From contig CAWBAT010000005.1 of NCBI GenBank assembly GCA_963786955.1, positions 480,001 through 544,000 on the forward strand: a DNA stretch of 64,000 nt, given 5' to 3'. The stretch comes from an uncultured Acidimicrobiia bacterium. Lineage in GTDB: Bacteria > Acidobacteriota > Terriglobia > Versatilivoradales > Versatilivoraceae. The position numbers and the translations under genes were made by a program. The notes under the pieces were generated by a model. The model was not told where the DNA came from and searched no databases. It saw nothing but the letters and a program-made list of their open reading frames with translations. Position 1 is the stretch's first letter; each line of letters begins with the position of its first letter. Positions 10,255 to 18,808 of the stretch are shown in pieces.

Positions 10255-12543
10255 CTACTCCAGCAGAATAACTTTGACATCCTGATGGGGAACTTCCACG
10301 TTGAGAACATTCTTTTCCGCGGGTATTTCTTGCTGCGTGTGAATGTCCACAGCCCGGCGAAATGGGATGGGGACTTCGATGGAACCGCTTTGGTCTTGAG
10401 TGCGATCGTTAAATACAGTGAGCAAGCTGCGCTTTGGCCCTTCGATCAGACGGGGGCGAAGATTTAAGGAGGTCACTCGCGGCCGGGCAACGGGAGTGAT
10501 GAGGGCTCGCAGCAATTCAATCCCGGCATCACACCCTGCGAATATAGACCCACCCAGGCTGGTTCCCAGGTAATACACTCTGCCCTTGCCGACCTGTTTC
10601 TTGGCGCCGACAACCATTACTTGACAACGAGCGGTAGGCTGCGCCGAACTTAAGATGATCGGCGTTAGGAAGGTGTGTGCCTTGATGCGAAAAACTCCAG
10701 GGTCGGTCACATCGATTTCCGTTCCCCAATAGATTTGGTCTTCCGCCGCCAGGTCCAGTCCTTTTCGGGAAGCCGCCGCAGAGCTACTGATTACAACGTC
10801 ACTCCCCACCGGCGACTGGATAAAGTAGCTCTCTTGTTCACGATATCCAAATGCATCCGCCAGACCGTGAGGAGGAATGACGGGATTGTAAAAGCATCGT
10901 TCATCAAACAGTCCAAAGGAGGTTTCCAGAATTAACGTTCCACCGGCTTCTGTAAAGCGTCTCAGTTGTGAGCAGATTTCTTCTTTTCCGATGATACACC
11001 AGGGAGCAATGATGACTTTATAGTGAGCCGTGTTCAGGCTTCCGGGCTCAATGAAATCAGCCGACAAGTCGAGGTTCCAAAGGGCCTTGTAGTACCCTCG
11101 AAAAGACTCGGTCGAGGCATCTTCTTGTCCACTCATGGCATACGTCAGCAGCGCACTGTCTTGATCTGTCAAAATGGCAACCTCAGGCTTCGGGGTATGG
11201 TCCTTGAAGATGTCCCAATACTTCTGAATCAGGGCGCGATTTCTGGCTGCTTCTTCCACCCGCTCTGTGGGGGCTCCGCTCCGATCCACTAAACCAAATC
11301 CGGAGGCTTCGCTCCCGGTCCCTTCGGCATGGTAGGTCCAGTAGATAATCCCCTTGGCACCTCCTGCAACCGCCATCCAATTCCAAAGGCGGATGTCTCG
11401 TGCCCTCATCTTGGGACTTCTCCACAAGCCCTTGTTGCCGTGTCCGCCCTGCAGTTCCGTCATCCAAAATTCTTTGCCTGCCGCACAGGAGCGGGTAATT
11501 TCGATTTTGCCTGCCCCTTCATACACGGGGAGCTCAAACCAGCGCGGGAAGATTGACAGTCCCCAGACCTCAACCGCTTCAGCCAGCTTCCAGGCATTCG
11601 TTCCATTGACGGCAATCGGGTCGAATGGAGGATGATGCGCATGGTGATCTTCCATGACATGAGAAGAATCCGTCGCCCTCAGGGTCTTGACCCTAAATTT
11701 CAACTCTTCCGTGCTTCGTTCGATGATGAATCGCCGCCAATCCACCCAATCCATGTAGGTCCCCATGGCGCGAGGGGGGTCGATGGTCTTAAAATTCGGA
11801 TAACGGCGCGTCCAGACCTCGTTCAATCGATCCAGCGTCCCATAGCGGTTTTTGAGCCAGCTTTGAAAAGATTCAATCGTCTTGTCGCAATAACAGTAAA
11901 GCCTTTCCTGTGGAGTAGCCCAGATGTTGCGTTGCCAGGCAGGTTCAATATGCGGCTCATTCCAGGTGTCGTAAGCATAAAAGCAAGGATGGGCAGAAGA
12001 GAACTTCGCCAGCGCTTCGATGTATTTTGCGGCGGCCTCCCGGACGGTCGGCCAGTCCATGCAAAGGCTTGGCCACCCTCCCGTCATATTGTTCCCGCTT
12101 CCTTCCAACCGTTGCGCATTCCCCTTGGCATCGACAAAGCGCGCTTCCGGATGGGCCTGCTCTAACCACCAGGGGCAGGATTCCAGAACCAATCCCATCA
12201 AGACTTTGATCCCGAATTCGTCGCAGTACTGCAGAACCTCCTCCACATCGTCAAAAACAAAAACACCGGGAGCAGGGTTGTAATAGTCCCAGCCCGGGTA
12301 GATTCGAATGATGTTGAAACCATATTCTTTGGCAATGGCCTTTAACATTTCGCGACGTTGCTGCCGAGGAGGATTCGGCGGCCTGTAGAAAGCTGTGCCG
12401 TAAAGAAATTCTCTCTCCTTGGAGGCGGGCGATAGTGGCAACGCTGTTGGCCCCGCCAGGATGCGCATTCCACCCCAGGCCAAGCTAATACTCGACGCTG
12501 TTTGAAGAAATTGCCGACGAGAAAAAGTGTTGGGGAATTTCAT
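10255..12543 (-). CDS. GH42 beta-galactosidase-like glycoside hydrolase, Tat-exported
   Basis: Tat motif SRRQFLQ, acid/base WNEPH, CYC, nucleophile WMTELQGG, GAKGIIYW and a trimerisation-like domain. RBS GAGGAGG. Confidence 0.9.
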   Translation of the reverse strand: MKFPNTFSRRQFLQTASSISLAWGGMRILAGPTALPLSPASKEREFLYGTAFYRPPNPPRQQRREMLKAIAKEYGFNIIRIYPGWDYYNPAPGVFVFDDVEEVLQYCDEFGIKVLMGLVLESCPWWLEQAHPEARFVDAKGNAQRLEGSGNNMTGGWPSLCMDWPTVREAAAKYIEALAKFSSAHPCFYAYDTWNEPHIEPAWQRNIWATPQERLYCYCDKTIESFQSWLKNRYGTLDRLNEVWTRRYPNFKTIDPPRAMGTYMDWVDWRRFIIERSTEELKFRVKTLRATDSSHVMEDHHAHHPPFDPIAVNGTNAWKLAEAVEVWGLSIFPRWFELPVYEGAGKIEITRSCAAGKEFWMTELQGGHGNKGLWRSPKMRARDIRLWNWMAVAGGAKGIIYWTYHAEGTGSEASGFGLVDRSGAPTERVEEAARNRALIQKYWDIFKDHTPKPEVAILTDQDSALLTYAMSGQEDASTESFRGYYKALWNLDLSADFIEPGSLNTAHYKVIIAPWCIIGKEEICSQLRRFTEAGGTLILETSFGLFDERCFYNPVIPPHGLADAFGYREQESYFIQSPVGSDVVISSSAAASRKGLDLAAEDQIYWGTEIDVTDPGVFRIKAHTFLTPIILSSAQPTARCQVMVVGAKKQVGKGRVYYLGTSLGGSIFAGCDAGIELLRALITPVARPRVTSLNLRPRLIEGPKRSLLTVFNDRTQDQSGSIEVPIPFRRAVDIHTQQEIPAEKNVLNVEVPHQDVKVILLE

Positions 12544-12613
12544 GACTCAATACCTCCTCGCTCTTCAGCTCGATTCAAAAGTTTGACTTTGTGTTCCCCG
12601 ATTAGTTTTGCAG

Positions 12614-14761
12614 CTATTTAAATTCAAGGTGGAGTGTCGTGGTCTCACCGATGTTTGCATCAAGCCAAAGGGTCTTCCCATCCCAGGCGTATTCCGTGGG
12701 TTTCATCAGGTGATCTCCCAAGCGAACGGTGACTAGGTTCTTGGGGGCCAGCAACAATTCAAAAACTGGATTCACACAGCGCACCGAAGGCTTTAAGGTA
12801 ACCCTCACGCTGGAATTTTCGACAATCAGGCGCATCGCACGACGTTCCGGGACCGTGGAGTCGAAATCCAGGCGGGCTCCCTCTAATTCCAGTGACGGAG
12901 GATTTCGAAAACTCTGCGCCCATTCAATCAGTCGCTGATCGGAAGTGTCAGTCAGTCCGATCAACCAGTACCAGCGCTGCCAAGTCATGGTCTTGGCTTG
13001 ACCTAAGGTGTCTTGGGTCTGAAGAGTCCCCGAAAACGCCGGCGTGTGGTTGTTCATCCCCCAAGTCATAATGCTATTGTGAGAAGGACTCAAGTAAATG
13101 CGGTCATCGATCGCCATCCCTGTCAGGTTACCCCTCGCAAGGGGCCAGTGACTGCCCCAGTAAAAGGGAGTGACCATTTCCCCCCGATCATAAAATGGGC
13201 CGAATAGCTTCGGCATCAGCGTATTGATGGGGGTAAAGGAGATGGCTGTGTCCACATCGTCTTTGTGCAAACGAATCCGGTATACTGCAGGCACATCACG
13301 CGGATCGCCAACACCCGGCCTTCCCAAACTGCTAGTGGCTGATTTCTCCCCGGCGGAAGGGAAGGTCATCTCCCTTTTTTGCCCATCGATGAAAAGTATA
13401 TCGACGATTTTGGGAGACAAGACTTTGAACGGAAAGGCCGACTGCGGAGTCAGAATGATAAATTCTTGGACCTCATAGCTTGCTCCGGGAGCACTCTTCA
13501 GATTCAAGACCCGCGTCCCAAACCCATCCGGATAGAAGTAGTAGTCTTCTACCGGCATATCCCCCCAAACCTTGTAGGCAAAGTCATTGGACTGATACCT
13601 CCAGCGGACATGCACGCGAGCCGGGCTGGACTCGACAATCTCCACCCGGGAGTAGCGGAGTTCCTTATCCATTAAGGGCTCAACACAATCGATAAAGCCA
13701 TCCGGGGGAGGAAGCGTCTCTGCCCATTCGTAGCTCATTCCCGTATTGTTTTTACCCGCCCAGAATGGGATGTAACTAGAGCCGCGCCAAAAAACGAATC
13801 GCGCCCCATTGGGTAATGAAACCACCACGTCATTCAGTTGGGGTTCCCAGGCCATGGCATAGTCCATACTGGAGAGCGCTCCAGTCGCCGGATCCCGGAC
13901 CGAGATGGGAGCATCGTAGCGAAGTTTGATTTCAGTCGCGCCAAATCCTGGCAAACGTGGAGGTTGGCGAACTCGCATGGTTGGGATCTTCTTTCCCCAG
14001 AGTTTATTGCCTGTCTCATCCCAAATGGCTACCTGGAGAATATCTTTTTCGGGGCCCGAACCGGCCGCAGGCAATGGCATAACGAGCTGGACCTTTTTGC
14101 CACTGGACCACTGGAATGCGCGCTCGACCTTTTCACTCGCGCTCGAATCGAACCAGGCCGATACCCGGGCAGCGGACGGATCCTTTTTGTAAGAAATCGC
14201 CGCGACTTCCAAATTAGCTTTCTGGCCGCCAGCCAATAATAACCAATCATAAGGCACCATAATCGTCCCCAAATCGACAGGATTGATTACTTTCTCCGGA
14301 CGGGCAACCGCGTCCGCCTCAATCCCGGGGATCTCTATTTTTTGACGCCCAATTTCCAGTGCTTCGCCCTGGAATTTGCATTTGGCATACAACACCAACT
14401 CATCCATTGGCTGAGCAAAAGTTGCCTTCCCGACAAATGGCGGCTTTGAGAAAATCCCCGCCAAAGCAAGAATCTTGCGCTCTGTTTCTCTTCCTTGAGA
14501 ATAGGCGGCCAGCCAGTACTCTCTGAGCGGACGTTCTTGAGACTGAATTTCGACAACCGCGGTAAAACCCTGACCCACGCGTTCGAGGTCGAAAGGTGGA
14601 CGCCAGGGATGATGCGGCTCTAGGCGAATCTGAGCCGTAACGGTTTCTGGACAATCGCTCGCTGCCTTGCTGGACAGGAGCAGAAGGGTAAAGAAAAACA
14701 GCAAGAAAAAGGAAATCCTGGTATATCGACGCCATCCCCGACTCATTTCCAACCTCTCCAC
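12614..14761 (-). CDS. Exported protein of unknown function (~715 aa), paralog of 56310..58475
   Basis: GTG at 14761 follows AGGAGG. Signal peptide. Long near-identical blocks with the paralog (FVFWRGSSYIPFW, EPLMDKELRYSRVEI, YWGSHWPLARGN). Confidence 0.85.
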   Translation of the reverse strand: MERLEMSRGWRRYTRISFFLLFFFTLLLLSSKAASDCPETVTAQIRLEPHHPWRPPFDLERVGQGFTAVVEIQSQERPLREYWLAAYSQGRETERKILALAGIFSKPPFVGKATFAQPMDELVLYAKCKFQGEALEIGRQKIEIPGIEADAVARPEKVINPVDLGTIMVPYDWLLLAGGQKANLEVAAISYKKDPSAARVSAWFDSSASEKVERAFQWSSGKKVQLVMPLPAAGSGPEKDILQVAIWDETGNKLWGKKIPTMRVRQPPRLPGFGATEIKLRYDAPISVRDPATGALSSMDYAMAWEPQLNDVVVSLPNGARFVFWRGSSYIPFWAGKNNTGMSYEWAETLPPPDGFIDCVEPLMDKELRYSRVEIVESSPARVHVRWRYQSNDFAYKVWGDMPVEDYYFYPDGFGTRVLNLKSAPGASYEVQEFIILTPQSAFPFKVLSPKIVDILFIDGQKREMTFPSAGEKSATSSLGRPGVGDPRDVPAVYRIRLHKDDVDTAISFTPINTLMPKLFGPFYDRGEMVTPFYWGSHWPLARGNLTGMAIDDRIYLSPSHNSIMTWGMNNHTPAFSGTLQTQDTLGQAKTMTWQRWYWLIGLTDTSDQRLIEWAQSFRNPPSLELEGARLDFDSTVPERRAMRLIVENSSVRVTLKPSVRCVNPVFELLLAPKNLVTVRLGDHLMKPTEYAWDGKTLWLDANIGETTTLHLEFK

Positions 14762-14890
14762 GGTGGCCCCTCCTTTTAAGTTACGTTTTATTCCTTCTAT
14801 ATATTCCGCACACTGAAGCAAGTCATTCCTTTGCCCCTCGGTCTCCCACTGTCCATTGGAGAGACAGAATGGTTCTTGCAACAAGGGAAT

Positions 14891-17800
14891 CTATTGCCCC
14901 GCCGGCCATTCGATGGGCAGTTGCAGCTTCTCTACATTAGAGCCGTCAATCACCAACTCTCCCGAAATCCTGCTCACACCTTCCTTCAGCAAGATCAGGT
15001 CGGCTGCCACTGTTTTGCTTTCCCCCGGCAGCAGGTCAATGTAGTTCTCATCGAAGACCGCTAAAACAGGGGATTGTTCATCTTCTCCCTGCCAATTCAG
15101 TCTCAACTGCACCAGACGGGCAAAACTGCCGCCATTTTTCAGGTCGATGCTCAGCCGGGCTTTCTTGCCCAGAGTCTTCCCCTCAAAACGATGCGTCGCG
15201 CTCAGCCGGGCGGGAGCGGAGTCCTGCAACGTCTCAAACAGTGGCTTGTCGCGCGACTCCACAACGCTCTTAATGTTCTGAGCAGGAATTTCTCCGGTTG
15301 CCGCCGCAATCATCCGCAAAAAGAGTTCAAAATAGGCTTTGGTGACAGGCTGAGTGTAAAACTCCTGGTCCACCATATACGAAAAAACAATCTTGGGATC
15401 CCGGTTATCCCTTTGCTCTACGTACAGTGGGGTAAACCCGGTGAACGCCACTGTCCGGCCTGCTCCAAATTTCCCTGTCACCAGTAATGGCCGCCCGGAG
15501 ACTTTCATCAGGAGCTGCCCCTCTGCCTTCATCTTGACTTCATTGAATCCGGGCAATCCGTCTTCTCGCAAACCCTGCTCACCCCATCCCGAATCATTGG
15601 GTGACGTAAGCTCGATCTCGCGAATTGCGGAGAACCCCTGGACATGGGAGGCACTCCGCTCTCGAAGCGGGCCGTACACCAGATCGTTTCGATTTTTCAG
15701 GGCGACAGGGAGCACTTCATCTAAGGAAACTAGGTCCAGGGCGGCGCCGATCCCTCTGCCGCCGTGATAGCTTCCCGGCCCTCCGCTATGAATGAAACCC
15801 ACTCCTTCCTGGATCGCCTGCTTCAGTCCTGCCACCGCTTTACGGTCCAGCAATTTCCAAATGGAATCAAACGACGCCAGCCATACCACGTCATAGTCTT
15901 TGCGAATGGTTTGAGGGTTTTCCAGTCGAGTGAGCAGGGGAACCGATGTCTCATCCACCACGTCTACCGTCACACCCCCCGCCTGCAGCATCTTGGCGAT
16001 GGGCAAGCTATACTGCCGTTGTCCGATCAGCAGCACTTTCACAGGACGGGCGAAGACCGAAGGGGTCACCTTAATCCATATCGAATTGGAAGCCTGTTGC
16101 GCTCCCCCACGCTCGCGGAGATGCCCTCGCAAGAGATAGATCCCGGCTTGTTGGACCGCCGTCCATTCGACGACTCCCAGTTCCTTGGCTTCGTCGGAGC
16201 CAATGCTGGCTGGGAACTGCTTTTCCCATACTCTCCTGCCTTGCAGGTCCAGAATCTCACAGGACATTTCCAGCGGGATCTCCCGCCGGTAATCGTTGAC
16301 CACCCAGACGGGGATACTGAGCGGTTTGCCGGCGACTTGAGACTCCAGCGCTTCTTCATAGGCGAAGCTCAGAGTCAGCGGTCTGTGGGCCTGCTGCAAG
16401 AAGTAGTAGCCCATCTTCGGTTCCCGGTAATAGTCCAGGAAATTAAATCGAATGCCCGGGGTGACCTCTCCGTATGCCCAGATGCGGGTTCCGTTGATCG
16501 AATGGTATTTCTTGCGGCGGTAGGCTTCAGTGGCGTATTTGAAAAGAAACGCTTGATACAGCTGGGAGCCCTCCACGAATTCCCTGGCCGAACGAATATG
16601 CCGGTCCACAAACTGCGTGGCTCGATCAATGACGCTGGCCAGTCCATCGTACTCAAAACTGGTTTGGTAGGCGTAGGCGGAGACGTCAATCGGCAGGTTC
16701 TTCCAGCGGGGCAATCCCGTGTTTCGCTCATCCCACAGTTCCTCCGGCGACAGGATCTTTCGAAGGCTGTCCAGACCGGGAAGCGCTATCCCGCCATACT
16801 CCGACACAAAGCCCGTGTTGGCGCGAAAATGCCCGCTATAATTGCCAGTCGTTCCCATGCCTGCATTGGCAATCCAGTAGTGCTGTTCACCGAGATCGCA
16901 CAAGCTGGGATGATAGATGGTGCCCGGCACAAGTTCTTCAACCAACTTCCCGATCGCATTCGAATAGGCGTCATAGGCAGTATCATTCAAGTCCTCGGTG
17001 CCAAATCCCCAGCCACCCCCCTTGTCATGAGCCTCGGCGAAGGCCGCCCATTGAATGATGGAGGGGTGATTCCGCAGCTGGATCACAATCTGCCGCAGCT
17101 GCCCCAGCGACTCTTTGATGAAGGGCTCCCGGCGGGGAGACGACGGTTCCAGAAGATCGATCGGTCCCAATTGATTGAACGGGAATTCCAGGAACAACAT
17201 CATGCCCATTTGGTCGCACAGCTCATAGAAGTCCGGTTTCTCGACCACCGTGAATGCCACGAGGTGATTCATATAGGCGGCCTTGAACAACTCCAAGTCT
17301 TTCACATAGGTCGGCCGGTCGGCCTTTGATCCGAAATAGTCTCCCATCGGGTACCAGGCCCCCTTCATGAAGATCCGGACTCCATTGAGGCGATAGCTCA
17401 TGTCTTTCTCGCGAGTAACAGTCCTAATCCCGAAGGTCACCTCGCGCTGGTCGGCACTTCCGCCAGTGGTCGACTTAAGGGCCGCGATCGCCTTGTACAG
17501 ATTGGGTTTGCCCACGTCCCAAACCCACCACAGCTGAGGCTTCGGGACAACTACTTCCAGATCGAAGTAATTCCCTCCGGGTTGCAGGGTGAGGTTCTTC
17601 TGGGGAAGGAGAACCGGATCGCCGCTGAAATTCTGGGGGACTAGTTTCAGATCCAAACTGGCTGAGACCGTTTCCTTGCCATAGTTCAGGATGTTCCCGG
17701 AGATTGTGAGGGTGGCGCTCTTGTCAGAGTTGATCGAGCGCGTTGAGACAAACAGATCATCGAGCAACGCCGCTCCCGAAGACACCAGCTTCACGTCCCT

Positions 17801-18532
17801 CCACAATCCCATCGGAAAAACCGCGTTGCCGCCCGCCGGCAATCCATCCCAGTGAGGACCGAGAAAATAAGGTGGCTGCGGGAGCCTCGCCGTCTCTAGA
17901 TAATTGTTAAAGGTCCATTCTCCCTTTATGTATTCGAGAAACCCCCGGTCCTTGGGAAGCCAGGGGCACGTCACCTTCACCGCCAGCACGTTCTCGCCTC
18001 CGTAGTTCAAAAGCGTGGTGACGTCAAAGGAAAACGACACGTAGCACCCTTCGTGATCTCCGAGTTTCTTCCCGTTAAGCCACACCGAGGCAAAATAATC
18101 GACTCCTTCAAACACCAACCGCAGAAGTTTCCCCTCATCCGACTTGGACACTTGAAACCGTTTGCGGTACCACCACTCCTGCTCGTTGATGAGAGTCAGA
18201 GCCTTGCTTTGATAGTATAAGTCCATCCCCTTCAACCCCAACTGCAAGGCCACTTCACCGGGCACGGCCACAGTTTTAAAGGAGCGCTCATCAAAGCCTG
18301 CGAGAAAAGGTTCCTGCGACCCTCTTTCATCCAGGGGATAAGAGCCTAATTTCCAGTCCGGTCCGCTCAGCAGCGTCTCGACGCTGCGCGAAATGGGGGC
18401 CTTGACAGCCTGAGCTTCTGCGGGTCGTGCGGATGTGAATAGAATCAGATTGCAGGTAAAGGCCAGAATCGTTCCGAAGGCGCGAAATGCCTTTCGCGCA
18501 ACGCCGATGTAATCGATCGCCTGGATTCTCAT
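14891..18532 (-). CDS. GH2 (beta-mannosidase-like) hydrolase with C-terminal GATase1-like domain
   Basis: LVFEGVDYFASVWLNG, GLWRDV, FGIRTV, LRNHPSIIQW, FVSEYG and DYYREPK. C-terminal SGGPGSY...LDEVLPV...PLLVTGKFGAGRTVAF. RBS GGAGG. Confidence 0.88.
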   Translation of the reverse strand: MRIQAIDYIGVARKAFRAFGTILAFTCNLILFTSARPAEAQAVKAPISRSVETLLSGPDWKLGSYPLDERGSQEPFLAGFDERSFKTVAVPGEVALQLGLKGMDLYYQSKALTLINEQEWWYRKRFQVSKSDEGKLLRLVFEGVDYFASVWLNGKKLGDHEGCYVSFSFDVTTLLNYGGENVLAVKVTCPWLPKDRGFLEYIKGEWTFNNYLETARLPQPPYFLGPHWDGLPAGGNAVFPMGLWRDVKLVSSGAALLDDLFVSTRSINSDKSATLTISGNILNYGKETVSASLDLKLVPQNFSGDPVLLPQKNLTLQPGGNYFDLEVVVPKPQLWWVWDVGKPNLYKAIAALKSTTGGSADQREVTFGIRTVTREKDMSYRLNGVRIFMKGAWYPMGDYFGSKADRPTYVKDLELFKAAYMNHLVAFTVVEKPDFYELCDQMGMMLFLEFPFNQLGPIDLLEPSSPRREPFIKESLGQLRQIVIQLRNHPSIIQWAAFAEAHDKGGGWGFGTEDLNDTAYDAYSNAIGKLVEELVPGTIYHPSLCDLGEQHYWIANAGMGTTGNYSGHFRANTGFVSEYGGIALPGLDSLRKILSPEELWDERNTGLPRWKNLPIDVSAYAYQTSFEYDGLASVIDRATQFVDRHIRSAREFVEGSQLYQAFLFKYATEAYRRKKYHSINGTRIWAYGEVTPGIRFNFLDYYREPKMGYYFLQQAHRPLTLSFAYEEALESQVAGKPLSIPVWVVNDYRREIPLEMSCEILDLQGRRVWEKQFPASIGSDEAKELGVVEWTAVQQAGIYLLRGHLRERGGAQQASNSIWIKVTPSVFARPVKVLLIGQRQYSLPIAKMLQAGGVTVDVVDETSVPLLTRLENPQTIRKDYDVVWLASFDSIWKLLDRKAVAGLKQAIQEGVGFIHSGGPGSYHGGRGIGAALDLVSLDEVLPVALKNRNDLVYGPLRERSASHVQGFSAIREIELTSPNDSGWGEQGLREDGLPGFNEVKMKAEGQLLMKVSGRPLLVTGKFGAGRTVAFTGFTPLYVEQRDNRDPKIVFSYMVDQEFYTQPVTKAYFELFLRMIAAATGEIPAQNIKSVVESRDKPLFETLQDSAPARLSATHRFEGKTLGKKARLSIDLKNGGSFARLVQLRLNWQGEDEQSPVLAVFDENYIDLLPGESKTVAADLILLKEGVSRISGELVIDGSNVEKLQLPIEWPAGQ

Positions 18533-18657
18533 AAGTGCCTCCTGAAGAAACCATGACCCAGATTCCTTCTGACTCCTAATCAGAAATAAACTTCCTCCTC
18601 TTCGTCTAAGGAGGTTGAAAAATTAGCTGAGCCCAGTTAAGCTTTTGGAACTATCCC

Positions 18658-18730
18658 TTGACAAGGATTGTGGTGTATATTAGCCTTGAATCTAATTCAA
18701 TACAAAAGTAATTTTAGTGATTATTATTCA
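18658..18730 (+). promoter_or_regulatory. sigma70-type promoter with tandem TGAA-N5-TTCA boxes
   Basis: TTGACA 18658-63, 17-bp spacer, TAGCCT 18681-86. Boxes TGAATCTAATTCA 18687-99 and TGATTATTATTCA 18718-30. Confidence 0.65.
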
Positions 18731-18808
18731 TTTCAGTCTCCTCATGTTATCTCCAGCTAGCATTCGCGCAGTGGGGTAGAGGTTTAATTCGGTAGGGAAT
18801 GAGTTTGG

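Noticed and set aside
14762-14884. Extended N-terminus of family X protein
   Set aside because: A strong RBS precedes GTG at 14761, and the shorter length matches the paralog.
15764-17329. 521-aa ORF on + strand
   Set aside because: Antisense shadow of the GH2 gene with no recognisable motifs.
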